This document shows, in pieces, positions 1 to 13,445 of a stretch of DNA of 64,000 nt. The stretch comes from Rhynchopus sp. YZ270_cl-10 (Eukaryota). The stretch's first letter is position 1, and each line of letters opens with the position of its first letter. The notes under the pieces are model-generated. The model did not search any database, had not been told where the DNA came from, and saw only the letters and a program-made list of their open reading frames with translations. The translations under genes and the position numbers were made by a program. The stretch covers positions 1,178,001 to 1,242,000 of the forward strand of contig OZ037842.1 in the NCBI GenBank assembly GCA_964035575.1, read 5' to 3'.

Positions 1-3000
1 TGCGTCCGGGCCGGTCTCCTATGCGTACGACAACGTCACCTCCGTGAACGTTGTGTCCAGTGCACGGGGCAACCTCAGAGAGCACACAGCAACGTTGCAA
101 CGTGAGTACGACACCATAAAGCAGCAGCAGGTCCGCCATGCTGTTGAGGCGGCAGTGCTGAAGCTCATTCCCGGGATGGAGGCGGAGGTGGACATTGCCG
201 ATGCGAATGGGACAACAACTGTGCGTGGGAAGGTGTTGAAGTATTCCCTGCAAGAGGCCATGGATGCGCCTGAAGCAGTGCGTGTACCCATTGAGCTCAA
301 AGCCGACAGTGGTGGTGGCGATGCCGGAGATGTCAAAAGCTATGCAGTATCCTCCATGCTAGAGGTACGGTCTGCTGTCCGCGACTTCCACAGCTTCTAC
401 AGCAAGATCGCACGGATTCATCAAGAGAAGCGTGCCTTGGAAGACCGCCTCCGTGAAGTGGAGGCAGACGTACAAAGGCAGGCAGACACCCCCACACAGC
501 AGGTCCTCGCCCCGGCGCCTGCCTCGGCCCTGCACAGTCAGTCTTCGGAGATAACGACTCCGGCAGGAGAAGTCGTCCCCGACCCGCGTGTGGCAGAGTT
601 GGAGCAGCGTCTTGCGAAGGCAGAAGAAGCGGTGTGTGACAGAGATGAACGCTTAAGTGTTCTTGCACGTAGGCTTGCGAAGGAGACAGATGGTAGTAGC
701 TCGCGGCCGCCCACGCCGCGTGCAGCAGCGGCATATGAGGGGGGTGGGTTCGTGCGTGCAGGGAGCTTCAGGCAGGAAGACAGAGAGACGCTGAACACCG
801 AGCTCACGTCGCTTATGGAGAACTACAAAGTGATCATTGCAGAGGTTGAGTGTGAGAATGAGGAGCTCAAAGGTGCGAACGGTACGCTCAAGGGAAAGAA
901 CGATGCGCTTAAGAAGGAAATGGTATGAACCTTTTTTCAATTGCAGCTTGTGAAATACAACCCGAATGCACTAAAGCTACATTCGACGAACTCTAAGCTA
1001 AGTACGCCTTTGGGCAACAATACACACGATTGTCGATACAGCAAATTATTAGGGGTTGCCCACTAACATACATTATTCGCAGGTTTCTCGTGTGAAGGTG
1101 ATTGAAGAAGGCCTCGCTGCGACGAAGGCGGTGAACGACCGGAGCACAGGGGACGACTCTGAGTCCTCCCGCCTGCGTGCTGAGTCCGACATGCTGCGGC
1201 AGGAGGTGTTGATCGAGGTGGCTGCGCGGGAGAGCCTTGTGCAGGAGGTGCAGCTGTTGAAGGAGGAGCTCACGATATCGAAGAACCATGCACAGCAGCT
1301 TGCATCACGCGTCGACCAGTTCGAGTCCTCGCACACTGGCAAGGTATGTTGCACCATCCGATTATACACCAAGAAGGATTGCCCACAACTACTTTAGCAT
1401 TGGTTGAGGTTCATCTTACGAACACTTCTCTTTTAATTCGGCTACAGTGACACCATCACCTAGGTTCGGGCCCTGTCACGACCAATACTTAAGGGCGATG
1501 TTCTGCGCAAGAATTACCCTCACAAGGCATCCACATCACACCACACCACCCCCGCACAGAACAGCGCCGAGGAGCTCACCTCCGCCCACCAAACGATCAA
1601 CTCCCTCTACGCAGAGCTGCAGGCAGCCACGTCGCAAATCTCCGTTGTGCAGGAGGAGAAGGACCGTGAGATCACCTCCCTCCAGCACAGCCTGCAGGCT
1701 GAGCGGGTATGTCTCCAACCCTCTCAAGGTGACTCAGAAGGGGGTTCCCTCTTCACGTTTTGTTTATTCATCCGATAATTACCAACGACACCATTGTCAA
1801 TTTTTTTTTAGAGCAGAGCGAGAACACTCAATATTCATACACCTTATCTTCAGGAAACCTTAAGAGCAGCACGCGACGCCACAACCCGCGAGGCCACCTG
1901 GCGTGAGACGCAGCTCGAGAAAGAGCTTCACAGCAAGGAGGCTGAGCTGGACCGGGTGCGTGCTGCGTCTGTGTCTGCCTCTGGCGCCTTTGGTGTTGAC
2001 AGAGACGAACGCGGCGCACTGCCACGGAGGGAGCACCACACCCCCCCACCTCGGGCCGGTCCTGGCCCGCTCAAGCCATTGGCCGCTGAGTACTCCTCGC
2101 ATGAACGGCGGGATCGGAGGGAACGTGAACGGCAGATCGAATTGGAGCGGGAACGGATAGAACGCATTGAACGTGAACGCGAGACACCTGCCCCAGCACA
2201 TATGTCACCACGTCAGGACAGCGAGTGGACTGGGACTGTCCACCATGAAGAGCCACGCAGCCCTGCGCTACCCTTAGTAGCAAGAGCGTCGCCGTCTCCG
2301 TCACCTTCACCAGCGGCACCTTTGGCGTCGTCAGGTTCCGTGCGCCGAGCGCAAGAGGCGAGACAACACCTCCACGAACTACGTGCCCAGGTTGATGAAG
2401 CACAAAGACGCGCCAACGCGACACAAGAAGCGGCAGAGGAGCTGCGGGTGCAGACGCGGCAGCTTTCCCCTGGGGGAACCCTTCCTGGGAAGGTCGCTGT
2501 GTTGCGGACTATCAGGTTTAAGTCGGGGAAGACGCTTGAGAAGGGGAGCATCGGAACGGTGCTGCGGGCTGGGGATGCTCCTGATACACTGCGTGTACAC
2601 ATAGACGACAGCGACATCATGTACGACTTCAAGCAAAGCGACGTCACACCATTCGCTTCTCCACGCGAAGCAGAGCAGTCTGTGCGCCAGGGAAGCAGTT
2701 CGCCACCAGCAGGGTTGGCATCTCCAGTTTCTCCACAGAACCCACAGCTTGGTCCGATGGTTCGTTTAGTTGAGCCAATCCAGTCTGGGACTAAGACATG
2801 GAAGCGCGGTGCTTGGGCGCATCTTTTACTGCAAGATGGTGGGTCCTGCGCGTTGCAGCTGATTCATCCGAATGGCCAATCGAATGCACCACCACTCTTT
2901 GCACACAAGGTTCCAAGCAGCAAGGTCGAGCACGTTGCTGTCCCTCACAAACTCCGCATCGCGATTCCTGGGAAGCGCCCTGCGAGTGGTGTGTACACTG

Positions 3001-3482
3001 CCGTGGAGGGGGTGCTGCACGAAAACAGCCCTGTCTGGCAGGTTGGCGACAGGATGCTGCAGACCAATCAGTACGGTGCGTGGATCATTGGCGAGAAGAG
3101 CGAGCTGAGCCATGGTGTGGGGTGGGCAGTATCAAAGGCACCACACGGTGGTGTGATGCCACATCAGGTAGGCGTATGGCAGACCTTTGGCGACCCATCC
3201 GAACCGTGGGCAGATGATCCAGGCGTCCAGGTGGTAGAGGTGGACGCAGAGCAGCAGGGGGTACGTGGAGGAGGAGGAAGTGGCGGCGGCAGTGCCAAAC
3301 CCTCCCTCCGTAGCTCCCGCTCCCCCTCCCCCTCAACTCGCTCCACCCCAGCAGGCAGAACACTATCCCCTCAGCAAGAGGCGATCCGAGCTGCAGAGGC
3401 TCTAAGCAAACTCGACAATTCCGGGAATTGGAGGAAAAGGGCCAATCGTGCGCGCTCCCTATCAGAGCATGCGGATAGGTGA
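1..3482 (+). CDS. Large coiled-coil hypothetical protein, 5' end outside window; exons <1-922, 1083-1343, 1560-1706, 1854-3482
   Basis: ORFs 44-928, 1056-1397 and 1956-3482 join in frame through three phase-0 GTATG...CAG introns (923-1082, 1344-1559, 1707-1853). The sequence is E/R/Q/L-rich and heptad-like. Confidence 0.8.
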
Positions 3483-3587
3483 ATAAATGGAGAGAAGGAG
3501 AACCACACAAATGGGTGGTGACTTCAATCATGCCTTTTTTTTCACGGTAAGGTAAGGGGAATGGAAGAGGAAGAGCATTTATTATTT

Positions 3588-3631
3588 AGATGTGTATGCA
3601 CGCGAGGCATACTCATCTTACAACTTTTCTT
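3588..3631 (+). repeat. Hairpin element family B (representative copy): AGATG-TGTGC-ACGAGAG-GCACA-TT-CATCTT-ACAAC-TTTT
   Basis: Copies at ~3588, 17970, 44932, 46548, 48243, 54991, 57096 and 57960, plus a partial at 58261, all on the + strand. Confidence 0.85.
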
Positions 3632-4134
3632 TATTTTAAAGTATACCCCCCCGGATGACATTAGGGGGATGGAAAACAAATGCATTCCTAAAATGTGATT
3701 CGAAAAACGCACCTTTGTACACAATAGAGTTTTTTTTGTCTCGTTTCTCCCCTATGAATGGGGTGGATATTTTTTTTTTTTGCAATGTACCGTTCTGTAC
3801 CTAACCAAAATCTCTGTTTTTTTTTCCCTTCTTCTTTTCTCCCCTTCCTTTCACTCTTCCCACCCCACCGACAGTAGGAAAAAAGTTATTGTATGAGAAA
3901 AAGACAAAAGAACACCCCCTTTCTTCCCTCAATGCGAGAATTTATTAGGTGTAAACCACCGAAATGGATGTAGGACTGTTTACCCCGGGTACAGCCGGTC
4001 ATACCAAAGGTACATTGTTCACGAGAGGGCTTTTTGTATTTCAAAGCCAACTTTGGTTTTGCTGTGATTCGCATTGTGCTTTCTTTTTACTCATTAACTC
4101 TTTCAATTTTTACAGGTGTACAAAAAGAAAGGGG

Positions 4135-5321
4135 ATGTCCAATGCAGAAACAATCACTAAGGTGCAGGGACTGCCGTTTGGAAGCGATGAGGAGAAGGCG
4201 GCTGTGATCACTGCTGCGATCCAGCAGGACTTTGGGCCGCTTGTAGAGGCAATGATTTTGGTGGACAAAAATATGCTGACCAAGTCTCTGGTATCCTTCG
4301 TGGAGGACGCGAAAAAAAGGAACCTCGTCTCAGGCGACAAAGTTGCGCAAATGGTAGATGCCGCCGACGAACGCGACCGAGCCATTCTCGAATCGCAGCA
4401 AACCGCTCAAAGGGAAATCACATTGGAACCATGCACACTCTCAACAGAGGAACGACAGACGTTGCTCCAATCTCTGATGTCTAAGGTACAAAAGACGCCC
4501 CCACAAAAAAAAGACACTAAATCAACTCTTGAAGACTTCTTTTTTTTCCTCCAAAAAAATAGTGAAAAATAGAGTTGGGCAGCGGTGCTGTGCTTTACTG
4601 GGGGGCAAAATCGTAATCTACGATTTTTTTAAAAATGTAACTCAACACAAAACCTCAGGTGATGGATGCATTGGAAACATCGCAACGGAATCTCGTCGAG
4701 ATTGGGATGCAACGAGACGGGTTCGAGGCGGTATGTGTTCTCAGGGCGACCCTGCGTATAAGAGGCTTGGGTTCATAATATTATATCCATTTTTCTCCAA
4801 CAATTTGCATCCTATTTAATAGTGTTCCAGGACACGTGCTTTTGTTGAATCTTTAAATCATGTTATCACCCCTTCCCAACCAGGATGGGTAATGACTGTG
4901 TACCTGCTTACAGTTTCCCTGGAAACAACTCCAAAGTGCAACACTCCGGGGTTCGATAACCCACGGAGTGTCAGTGCCTGCGTGCCAGAGGCGTTGTGCA
5001 CTATCAACTTCACTTTAAGCCGCTTTCTGGTGGTTGCAAACATCGTTTTGTGTATCCATTTATTTACAGGGTAGCGCAGAGGACACAGCAGCGGAGAAGT
5101 CAATGGAAAAGCTTTTCGAGACAATGGACAACGCGAAGCAGCTCGCGATGATGTTCGAACCCGTTGAAGGCATGCAGTTCTCAGAGAACTTCTGGTCGAC
5201 CCTTGTAGCAGAGGAGGACCCGCTTCAAAATACGCTGCTTCTGCGAATGATCGACCACTGGGAACAGGTTCCAGGTACACAAACAGAAGGCGCAGAAGAA
5301 GAAGAGGAACCGACACAATAA
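4135..5321 (+). CDS. Hypothetical protein ~224 aa; exons 4135-4485, 4659-4730, 5070-5321
   Basis: ATG at 4135 follows a TACAG acceptor. Two phase-0 GT-AG introns give a continuous frame (MSNAETITK...LMSK|VMDALE...FEA|GSAEDT...EEPTQ*). Confidence 0.7.
4940..5016 (+). repeat. Hairpin element family C (long copy): upstream hairpin ACACTCCG-GGGTT-CGAT-AACCC-ACGGAGTGT, then AGTGC-CT-GCGTC-CCAGA-GGCGT-TT-GCACT-ATCAACTT
   Basis: Copies at ~4940, 20818, 21280, 40214, 42935, 46330, 57897 and 58009. They share the 3' end, vary in 5' extent, and are all on the + strand. Confidence 0.88.
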
Positions 5322-5732
5322 AGCGAAGAGCAGAGTAGCGTAAATCGTGATTTTAGGGTGATTTGGTTTCCTCGTTCAATGCCACCCCTTTTTTATAGTC
5401 TCAGTCGGCAAAAAAAAAATGAATTTTTTTTTGACCTCCTCTTTGTCTAGAATGGCTCTAGAAACACACAAAAAAACGTAAATAAAATAGCCAAAATCTT
5501 CGCCTTTTTTTTTAACCCCAAAATCTCTATACAGTTGGGTGAACGGGGAGAGAATTTTTGTTTAGTAAAGTCTCACAGACTCTAACACTAACTCTCACTA
5601 AGCTCTCACAGCCTGTTGCGTGTCTACGGAGACAATCATAGATCACCCAACAGTGCTTCACTCTTTTCCTCTTCACACCCCCTCTTTCTCACAGTACGAT
5701 ACACATTTTTTCCCCCCCGAAAAAAAAATACG

Positions 5733-8251
5733 ATGAAAGCGATTCGTCCCATTCTGCGTACTTCCGCCTCCGCCTCTATCTCCTCCCCTTTGCTGCAGAC
5801 CCGCCACTTCCTCGACCAGACACGACACCCGGGGAGGAGGAGAGCGGAGCCCAGTACACCTTCATCTGCACCCACTCCCCCTCCTTCTTCTTCTCCTCCT
5901 TCTTCTTCTTCACCCTCTTCATCACGACCAAAGCCATCTCGACCAGTTGCGAGCAAACCTAAGGGTGACGCGGAAGGGGTAAGATGGGAGGTAGTGTCGA
6001 AGCCGAATACTCAGCATAAGATTCGGATGGTGCGCGATGGATGGGATGAGCACAGCCATGGTGGACGTTTGTTGCGTTCAATCCGTGCAGGGCGCGTCGT
6101 GTACGACGTTGAAGCAAAGCGGAGCAACAGCACCCTCAGCCAGGACCCTGCTCCCACACCTCGCAGTACACCAGAACCCTCCGTTCCGCACGACCCATTC
6201 ACACCGGATGCGGAGGGTGTATGGTACTCTGCCATCACTCAACAGCCGATCTCTAATGAAAAATACAATGTATTCCCCGGAGATGGAAAGCGTGTAGAAG
6301 ATGTACTTCGTGAAATGGACGCAGGGCATATCATGCAATGGAAGCCAAAGAGAAACCGGCGTACCGTGATTGTTTTGGATAGTAAGTGGAGTGGGTGGCA
6401 TGAAGTGCAGTGGGATGGTGTGGTTATCAAGACGATTCGCGAAAAGAACTCCCCGCACCCAGAGAAGCCGTCGTCCATGAAAGGCCCACTGCTTGAAGAG
6501 TATTCGCAGTTGAAGGCGAAGATGCATGAGGAGGACCGTGAGAAGCAGCTTGCGGAGCTTGCTAGAGATGAGTCCTCTGCGAAGCGGATGCCGCCAAAAG
6601 ATGATGTTGAGTTTGACGGAAAGCGGCTGATCTCATTGGTCAACTCCTCTGAAAACGTTGTGACCCGTGCCTATACAGTTTTCAAATTTATGGAACGAAA
6701 GAACCTCATAGGTTCGGCTCTAACGTTTGGTTCGCTTCTCACAGCTTGTCTGAATACGTGCCAATTTGAGTTGGGTTTGAATGTATGGCGGATGATGCTT
6801 GCCAGAGGTGCGTTGCCTGACCTTCGCGCATACAATACCCTTCTCAGCTTGGCGAATAAGAGTGGCAACAAGGCATACTGTTTTGTTGTGTTTGAGGAGC
6901 TGCGTGAGTTTGGCCTGCTCCCTGACAGAGCCACATTCATGCATCTGCTTAATGCGAACAAAACCGAGGCGCATAAGATCATCAATGAAATGCGGGCGCA
7001 AGGTGTGCAGACGATTCCGGACTCTATTTTGTTGCGCATCTTTTGTGAGTCGGAGGATCTCGAGAAGGCGACGGCGCTGTGGAAGCAGATGATAGGGGCG
7101 GCGAAGCGGCCGACTGTTGAGGAGTACAATTTGATGTTGCTGTTGTACGAACGTCGCAATGAGTACAGCCGTGCGGTGGAGCTGTTCAACGTTATGGAGG
7201 CGCGTAGTGTGGCTCCCAACTTCCTTACATACAACACCGTCATGAACATGATGGCCATCAACGGTGACATCGAGAAGCTGCACAAAGTACAGACCATGAT
7301 GCACGACCGCAAGGTAACCACACTCGTCGTCCTCTCCACCTTCCAGTTCTCCGGCAAAGACACCTCCATCGTCAACGGTGTCAACATGAACCTTAGCGTC
7401 AGCATCGACGTCCCCACCTTCGACGGTGAACAAGATGTAGCACTCTCCACCATCACACAACAGCTCGTTCAGCACCTTGAATACAACTCCGATTACAAGC
7501 CAAACTTCAAGGTGTGTAAAAAAAAACCCGTTTTCAGTGTAACGCAGACTGTTTCAATAGATATTTTTAAAAAGCGTCCTCTCGGGGAGTGTGTGGTATC
7601 AGTGTAGACCTGAGGATGAGATTTAACTTTGTTTTTTTGAGAAAATATGGCAGGCTTGTCAAATTCTTCGGTTGTCTTTTGTGTCATAAAATATAACAAA
7701 AAACAAAAACAGGGGCTGCCCACATACACCCTTCTTCACCTGGGGAATGAGTACAGCCAGCGTGCCTCCTTGCAGTTCCACTGTGAAAAGAAGTCTCTTG
7801 CGTATCTTTTGCTGAAGCATGGGAGGACGGCGGAGGGTCAGCCCACAAAGCACTTACCAAGGATCAACGTCAACGCACGTATGTGCATGGATTGCCATGA
7901 CCTCTTTGCAGCTGCGAGTAAGACCTTCCGTGTCAAGGTCGAGTGCAACGACAACCACACTCTCCACGTCTTCGACAGTGGTGAGGATTTGAGGTATGCC
8001 AACGACGTTTTCCCCCCTCTTTTTTCCAGCTCTAATGGATTAGCAGGGGGCCTTTTGTTGTTGAGAAAATCGATTCAATTTGCAGTGGCATTATTATGCT
8101 CTCAAAAGAACAAAAGAATAGTTTTAGATGGCAAAATGTTCTACACGCACATCATGAACCACCTCCCCTGTCTCACAGCTGTCTGTCCGGATGGAGAGAG
8201 TCCGATGCCATTAACGTGCCTGGGTCTGGACAGTACGGGAAAGGATTGTAG
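5733..8251 (+). CDS. PPR protein with C-terminal DYW-type (cytidine deaminase-like) domain, predicted mitochondrial; exons 5733-7511, 7713-7993, 8179-8251
   Basis: R/S-rich N-terminus with few acidic residues. Tandem ~35-aa PPR motifs (TFGSLLTAC, AYNTLLSLA, TFMHLLNA, EYNLMLLLY, TYNTVMNMM). Exon 2 has HCEK (HxE) and RMCMDCH (CxxCH). Splicing to exon 3 gives HVFDSGEDLSCLSGW, which matches the DYW tail HxFxxGxCSCxDYW. Confidence 0.85.
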
Positions 8252-8519
8252 ATGGCTGGGATTTTTGTCGTGCACCCTTTTATCTATAGAATGAGTCTGT
8301 TAAACTACTAACAAGCGCGGTCCCCACTTGGCGAGAGAAAAAAGACTCTGGGAAAAAAAAACATTCTTCTGATGGAGGTCTTGTTTTGCACCCACAGTTC
8401 CCCATCCCTGCGTTGCTTGAGCAATGTCTGCTACACCCTCTGCCCCCGATTGTTTTGTTTTGTACCTTTCCCTCCTGTCCCCACCATAGTACCTTATTGC
8501 TCAGTAACACAAAAGAAAA

Positions 8520-11500
8520 ATGCCGAACAAAGAACAGTTGAAGGATGGGTTCAACATGATCACATCCGACAGTGGAGGCAAGAAATGCCTTTCCTTCGAG
8601 AACAACACCCGTGATAAGCAGTTCATCGTGACCATCGGCTTCACAGGGGAGGCAAAACCGGCCGACGAAAAGGCCAAGCAGGAGGGCGAGAAGATCAAGC
8701 TTTCAGTTCATCCTGGCGAGACCCTGAAAATGGCGACGGGAACCTGGTCGAAGCAGGGGAAGCCCAACGTCAAGACCGGTCCTTGCGATAAGGGCTGGCT
8801 TGAGAAGCAGATGGGCGAGTCTGCTGGGGTCATTGAGAAGGAGATCAAGGGTGTGAAGGAAGTGCTGAAGAAGAAGGGTGTGACCAAGGTCACTGCAGAC
8901 TCCACTGCTAAGGCGTGCGCGGAGGCAGGTATTAAGTTTCTTGATGTGACGTTCCCCCCGAAGGAGACTTCCTTGAAGCCTGCGCACATCAAGCGTGATC
9001 TGAAGCAGTACCCGTGGAAGCGTCCGGAGACGTTCCTGGACGGCACCAAGTTGAAGCCAGCGCTGTTCGTGGGCAGCATTGAGCCGAACGACATTGACCA
9101 GGGTGCGCTTGCGGACTGCTACTTCATGGGTGCGCTCTCCGCTGTCGCAGAGTTCGAGCGTCTTGTGCGCTCTTGCTTCGAGCAGGGGCAGGACCCCGAC
9201 CTCGGTCTCTACCGTGTGTCCATCTGCAAGAACGGCTGGTGGCAGACAGTCATCGTCGACGACTTCCTCCCCTGCTCCGGCCCCAAGCCCGCCTTCGCAC
9301 GTAACAGAGATGAGCCCAACGAGCTCTGGGTCTCCCTCATCGAAAAGGCCTACGCCAAGATCCACGGCTCCTTCGCCGCCATCATGTCTGGAGGCTCTGC
9401 CCCTGCCCTCGGAGACCTTACAGGATGTCCGTACAAAACATTCGAGTTCGAAGGTGACAGCTCCACCAGCTTCAAGCAGCTCCTCGAGAACGACATGCAC
9501 GAGTTCCTGCAGGTGCTCGGAACCCCAGGCAAGAACATCATGTACCTCTCCGAGAAGCAGATCACACCCGAGATGCAGAAGGAGTGGGATAAGTACCAGG
9601 CAGTGGGGCTCATCTGCGAGCACTCCTACTCGCTGCTCGAGGTCAAGCTCACGTCGACGGGAGACGAGCTGTGCAAGATCAGAAACCCTTGGGGTAACGA
9701 CAAGGAGTGGACCGGGAAGTGGTCCGACGACGACAAGGCATGGACACCGAAGCTGAAGGCGGAGTGCGGGTTTGAGGCTGCGGACGACGGTACCTTCTGG
9801 ATGGCGTTTGCTGATGTGAAGAAGTACTTCACCTCTATTGCCATCAACTACTGCCACGGAACGTGGGACCAGGTGCGGTGCGCAGGGAACTGGGAGAAGG
9901 GGTGCCCTGATCTGTGCCTCGAGATCAAGGTGAAGAAGAACTGCCGTGTGTGGTTTGGCCTTCACCAGAAGGACATTCGTGGTATTAAGCCTTCGACACC
10001 ACCGTCCTCGGATGAGGAGTACAGCAGCATGACGCTGTGCGTGGCAGAGCAGGGCAAGAAGGGACCCAAACAACTCCTCTCCTTGGGCACTCGCAAGCGC
10101 GACGTGTACGACGAGAAGACACTTGAGAAGGACAAGACGTACCACTTCTATGCACACTCGAAGGACGAGAAGCTCAGCAAGTCTTTCGTGATGTCGATGC
10201 TCATTGAGGAGAAGGACTTCCTCGACGTGTCCTTCCTCACCGCCAAGGGCAAGCGCTATGCCTCCCCGAAGGAGCTTGTGGTTGGAGACTGGTCTAACAC
10301 CGAGGCACAGTACCAGATCAAGGGGCAGTTCTCCACGAACAGCAGTGTTGTGACGAGGCAGGGCAAGGCTGTCACCTTTGAAGGGGCTGCCGACCTGGGG
10401 CTGCGCACGGAGCAGTCGAACTTCAAGCTGACGATTGCAGCAGACAGAAAGAAGGCCGACGTGGACGCAGCAGACAAGATCATGTACGAGCTTGCCATCA
10501 CCGTGAAAGCAGGCAAGGGTCTTGCAGCAAAGGACGACAACGGCTTCTCCGACCCCTACTGTGAGGTCAAGCTGAGAGGCTACGACAAGGTGAACAAGCG
10601 TGTCCTCGGATCGCACAGACACCCCCAAAAGCAGGTCACCACCGTCAAGGAGGCCACATTGAACCCTGAGTGGAACGAGACCTTCAACTACATCGCAGCC
10701 TCGACAGATGCCATTCGTGTGCACTGCTTTGACAAGGTATGTTCGGGTCTCCACTTCGCTTTCTCGAACTGTTTCTGGACACTACTAAACCACTACTCCA
10801 AAACAAAAAAACAACCCAACGAGCGAGAGCACAAGTTGCATCTATGTATTACAGCGCAAAGCCTTCGGCGACATCGCACAGCCCATTTGGGTAGGTGACT
10901 ATCGCTGCAACAAAACACACAAAACACAGGACGAAGTTGGCAAGGAAGCCCTGGGGCGCATCGACATCCACCTCCCGAAGCTCAAGCTTGCTGCAGGCAA
11001 GGAAAGCGTGGCCTGGTACAAGGGTATGCACATGCTACGCATATGGGCAGTCTCATGCCTTTTACCTTATCAACTCTCAAGACAAAGAGACTAATTTCAA
11101 ACCCAGCGTGTTCAACGGCCGCCAGTTTGTTTCGAATATTTTCCGGAAAAGATCGCTCAACCGTCCATTTGATTTGACTCGGCGCGGGCACAACGAAAAG
11201 CCCATCACTCTGAAAGGGGGAAGCAGGGGAGATGAGTGGTTACACAAGTTATTGGTTTGTGTGGGCGGGGAGCTCGAGGTAAATTTTGTAATAATGGACA
11301 GCGCTTGTTGTGGGGATAGGTGATCAGGGATCCGGAGGCGCTTTTGCTTCCTCGTTTCAGGCAATTTCATAGACTTCCCCTTCAACTTCATGTCCGCAAT
11401 CTCCAACTCTGTGAGCACATTCGCCATGACGCTCTTGGTGAGCTTTCTTTAGCTTTCTTCTTGTTCTTCTTCTTCCAGCTTCCCGTACTCTGCATCGAGC

Positions 11501-12002
11501 TTGGTTTTGTCCTTTCGCAAATATCTTCCTAGGATCCTGTCACACACCTTTTGTTCGTCTCTCCCTGCTTGTTCTTGTTGTCGACCACCGTCGGCACCTT
11601 TTTCGCTTGATCAGTCTGGCGAAACTCGCAATCTGTGTTTCAGTTAGATAAGTACAATACACTGATACTAATGCAACCCACCTTCATTCATCACAGTGGA
11701 AGGGGACCCGCAGGACGGCGTTGTTTCAGGTGAGCTCCAGGTGGGTGTCAAGGTATGCATTGCTACATTTTCTGTGGTACACTGTCACGAGAGGGCTCTG
11801 CCCCCCCCCCTTCTTTGCTTCTTCTTTTGTATTACTGGTGGCCAAGCCTATCATTCTTTCCACGCAGTAACGATTTGTGAAGGTGACTAAACACGAGAGG
11901 CTTAGGTGCATCTTACACACTTTTCTTTGCTTTTTGTCGTAGTATTTTGCAGAGTTTTACCTCATCCCACATACACAGCTCGTTTCCGAGAACAAAGCCT
12001 AG
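8520..12002 (+). CDS. Calpain-family cysteine protease (N-terminal DUF1935-like region, CysPc, calpain domain III, C-terminal C2); exons 8520-10736, 10930-11023, 11697-11752, 11979-12002
   Basis: Catalytic motifs QGALADCY, HSYS and RNPWG are present. C2 motifs KDDNGFSDPYC and TLNPEWNETF continue through spliced exons (DEVGKEALG...WYKVEG...VSGELQVGVK). The last exon is tentative. Confidence 0.9.
11077..11610 (-). pseudogene. Degraded antisense coding remnant inside calpain intron 2, identity unknown
   Basis: A K/E-rich frame (QQEQAGRDEQKVCDRILGRYLRKDKTKLDAEYGKLEEEEQEES*RKLTKSVMANVLTELE...) is continuous with ORF 11077-11427 but interrupted by in-frame stops. Confidence 0.35.
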
Positions 12003-13445
12003 ACGCAGGAAGTATAAACAATAAGCGAAGTTTAAAAAAAAAAATGCAAAAAGAAAAAAAGTGGATTTTCCAGATCTCAGCGTTTCAGACGCCTTTTATA
12101 TGCTCTTTCGTATTCTTTGGATCCTGGGTGGGTCTTTTTTTTTTTTTGTGCCGTTGTTACATTTTAACGTTATTAGATGAGTCTTAGTCCTGCAAGGCAC
12201 GCCCATCTTCCAACATTGGCATTTTTTTTGTCAGTAGTGGCAAAATGTTCTCGCTTTATTACATAGCCTTTGATAACCCACAGACTGTGCACAGTACCTA
12301 CCTTGGGTAGGCTAGTATCGATACTATTAAAAAAAACCCCAAATACGGCTCGGCGCTTGATTATTTTTTTCAGAGTGTGACTCAGCTACTCCGTACAAGT
12401 CTTTCACTTCACCAACGACACGTGTTTTTCGCACGATGCCTCAACACGTATTTTTTTATATTCGAGAAAACGATTTTCTATGTTTTGCACCTCTTCCTCC
12501 CCTGAAAATACATTCCACAAAGAGACAAAGTGTGTGCCCGAGTCATACACGAATGTACTGTTTTTTTTTTAAAGGTGACTAAGCACGAGAGGCTTAGTCT
12601 TATCTTATAAACTTTTCTTTTTTCTCTTCAAAACTGTTTCTTTCTTTTGTTTTTTGTATTTTTTTTTTTTAAAGAGCTGGGAAAGGGAAGGGTTCAGCAT
12701 GTTACAATGACCTGATTTGATTTTTAAATAAACCATGACGGGTGTTTTGCATGTATGCTTTCCCCCTTACCATTTCTTAGTATCTATGAAATAATAGTCA
12801 CAGCAAAATGGAACCCCCCCACAACGCATACAACGTGGAAAAAATTTTGATGGGGGAGAAAGTATTCTATTGTGCCGCCGTGATATGAAAAGGGGGACTT
12901 TTTTTTTTGTATTGTATTTCATGGTTTTCTTTCTACTCCTGATTTATAGAAAAAAAAAATCCATGAATTCCCCTTGATTATTATTTTTGTCAGGTGGTCT
13001 GTGTTCTCTACGCACATACTATGGACTACCTCTCCTTCATGGTCTCAGTATCCCATTCTTTGAATACAGTTCCCCCCACACACCTTTGTTTTACCTTTTT
13101 TTTTCATTTTTCAGGACTCTGTTATCACAAATTTCTCAAATAAAATGAGAATTTTTCAGAACCTCTCAATCTCGGATGGACACAGAAAAATCACCGAAAC
13201 TGCCCCTCAGATGGATCTCTTGAGGTTCCTGTCTTGAACTTCGCGGTACAACTAATGCTGTCTCATTTCGCCGCATCTTTTGTTAGGTACTGTCATACAA
13301 AATGGATGTAGCCCTGCATGGGGTCCACCCCACGGTGCACCGGTTATATATCAAAGGTACACTGTTCATGAGAGGGGTGTGTTTTTAAGTCAACTTTTGT
13401 GCAATATTCTCTCGAATAGGATCCACACTTGGGGGGGTTTAAACA

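Noticed and set aside
8703..10754. 683-aa minus-strand ORF (also 37777-39006, 60325-61227, 6671-7475, 19527-20543)
   Set aside because: These are antisense shadows of GC3-biased genes on the + strand, with no recognisable motifs.
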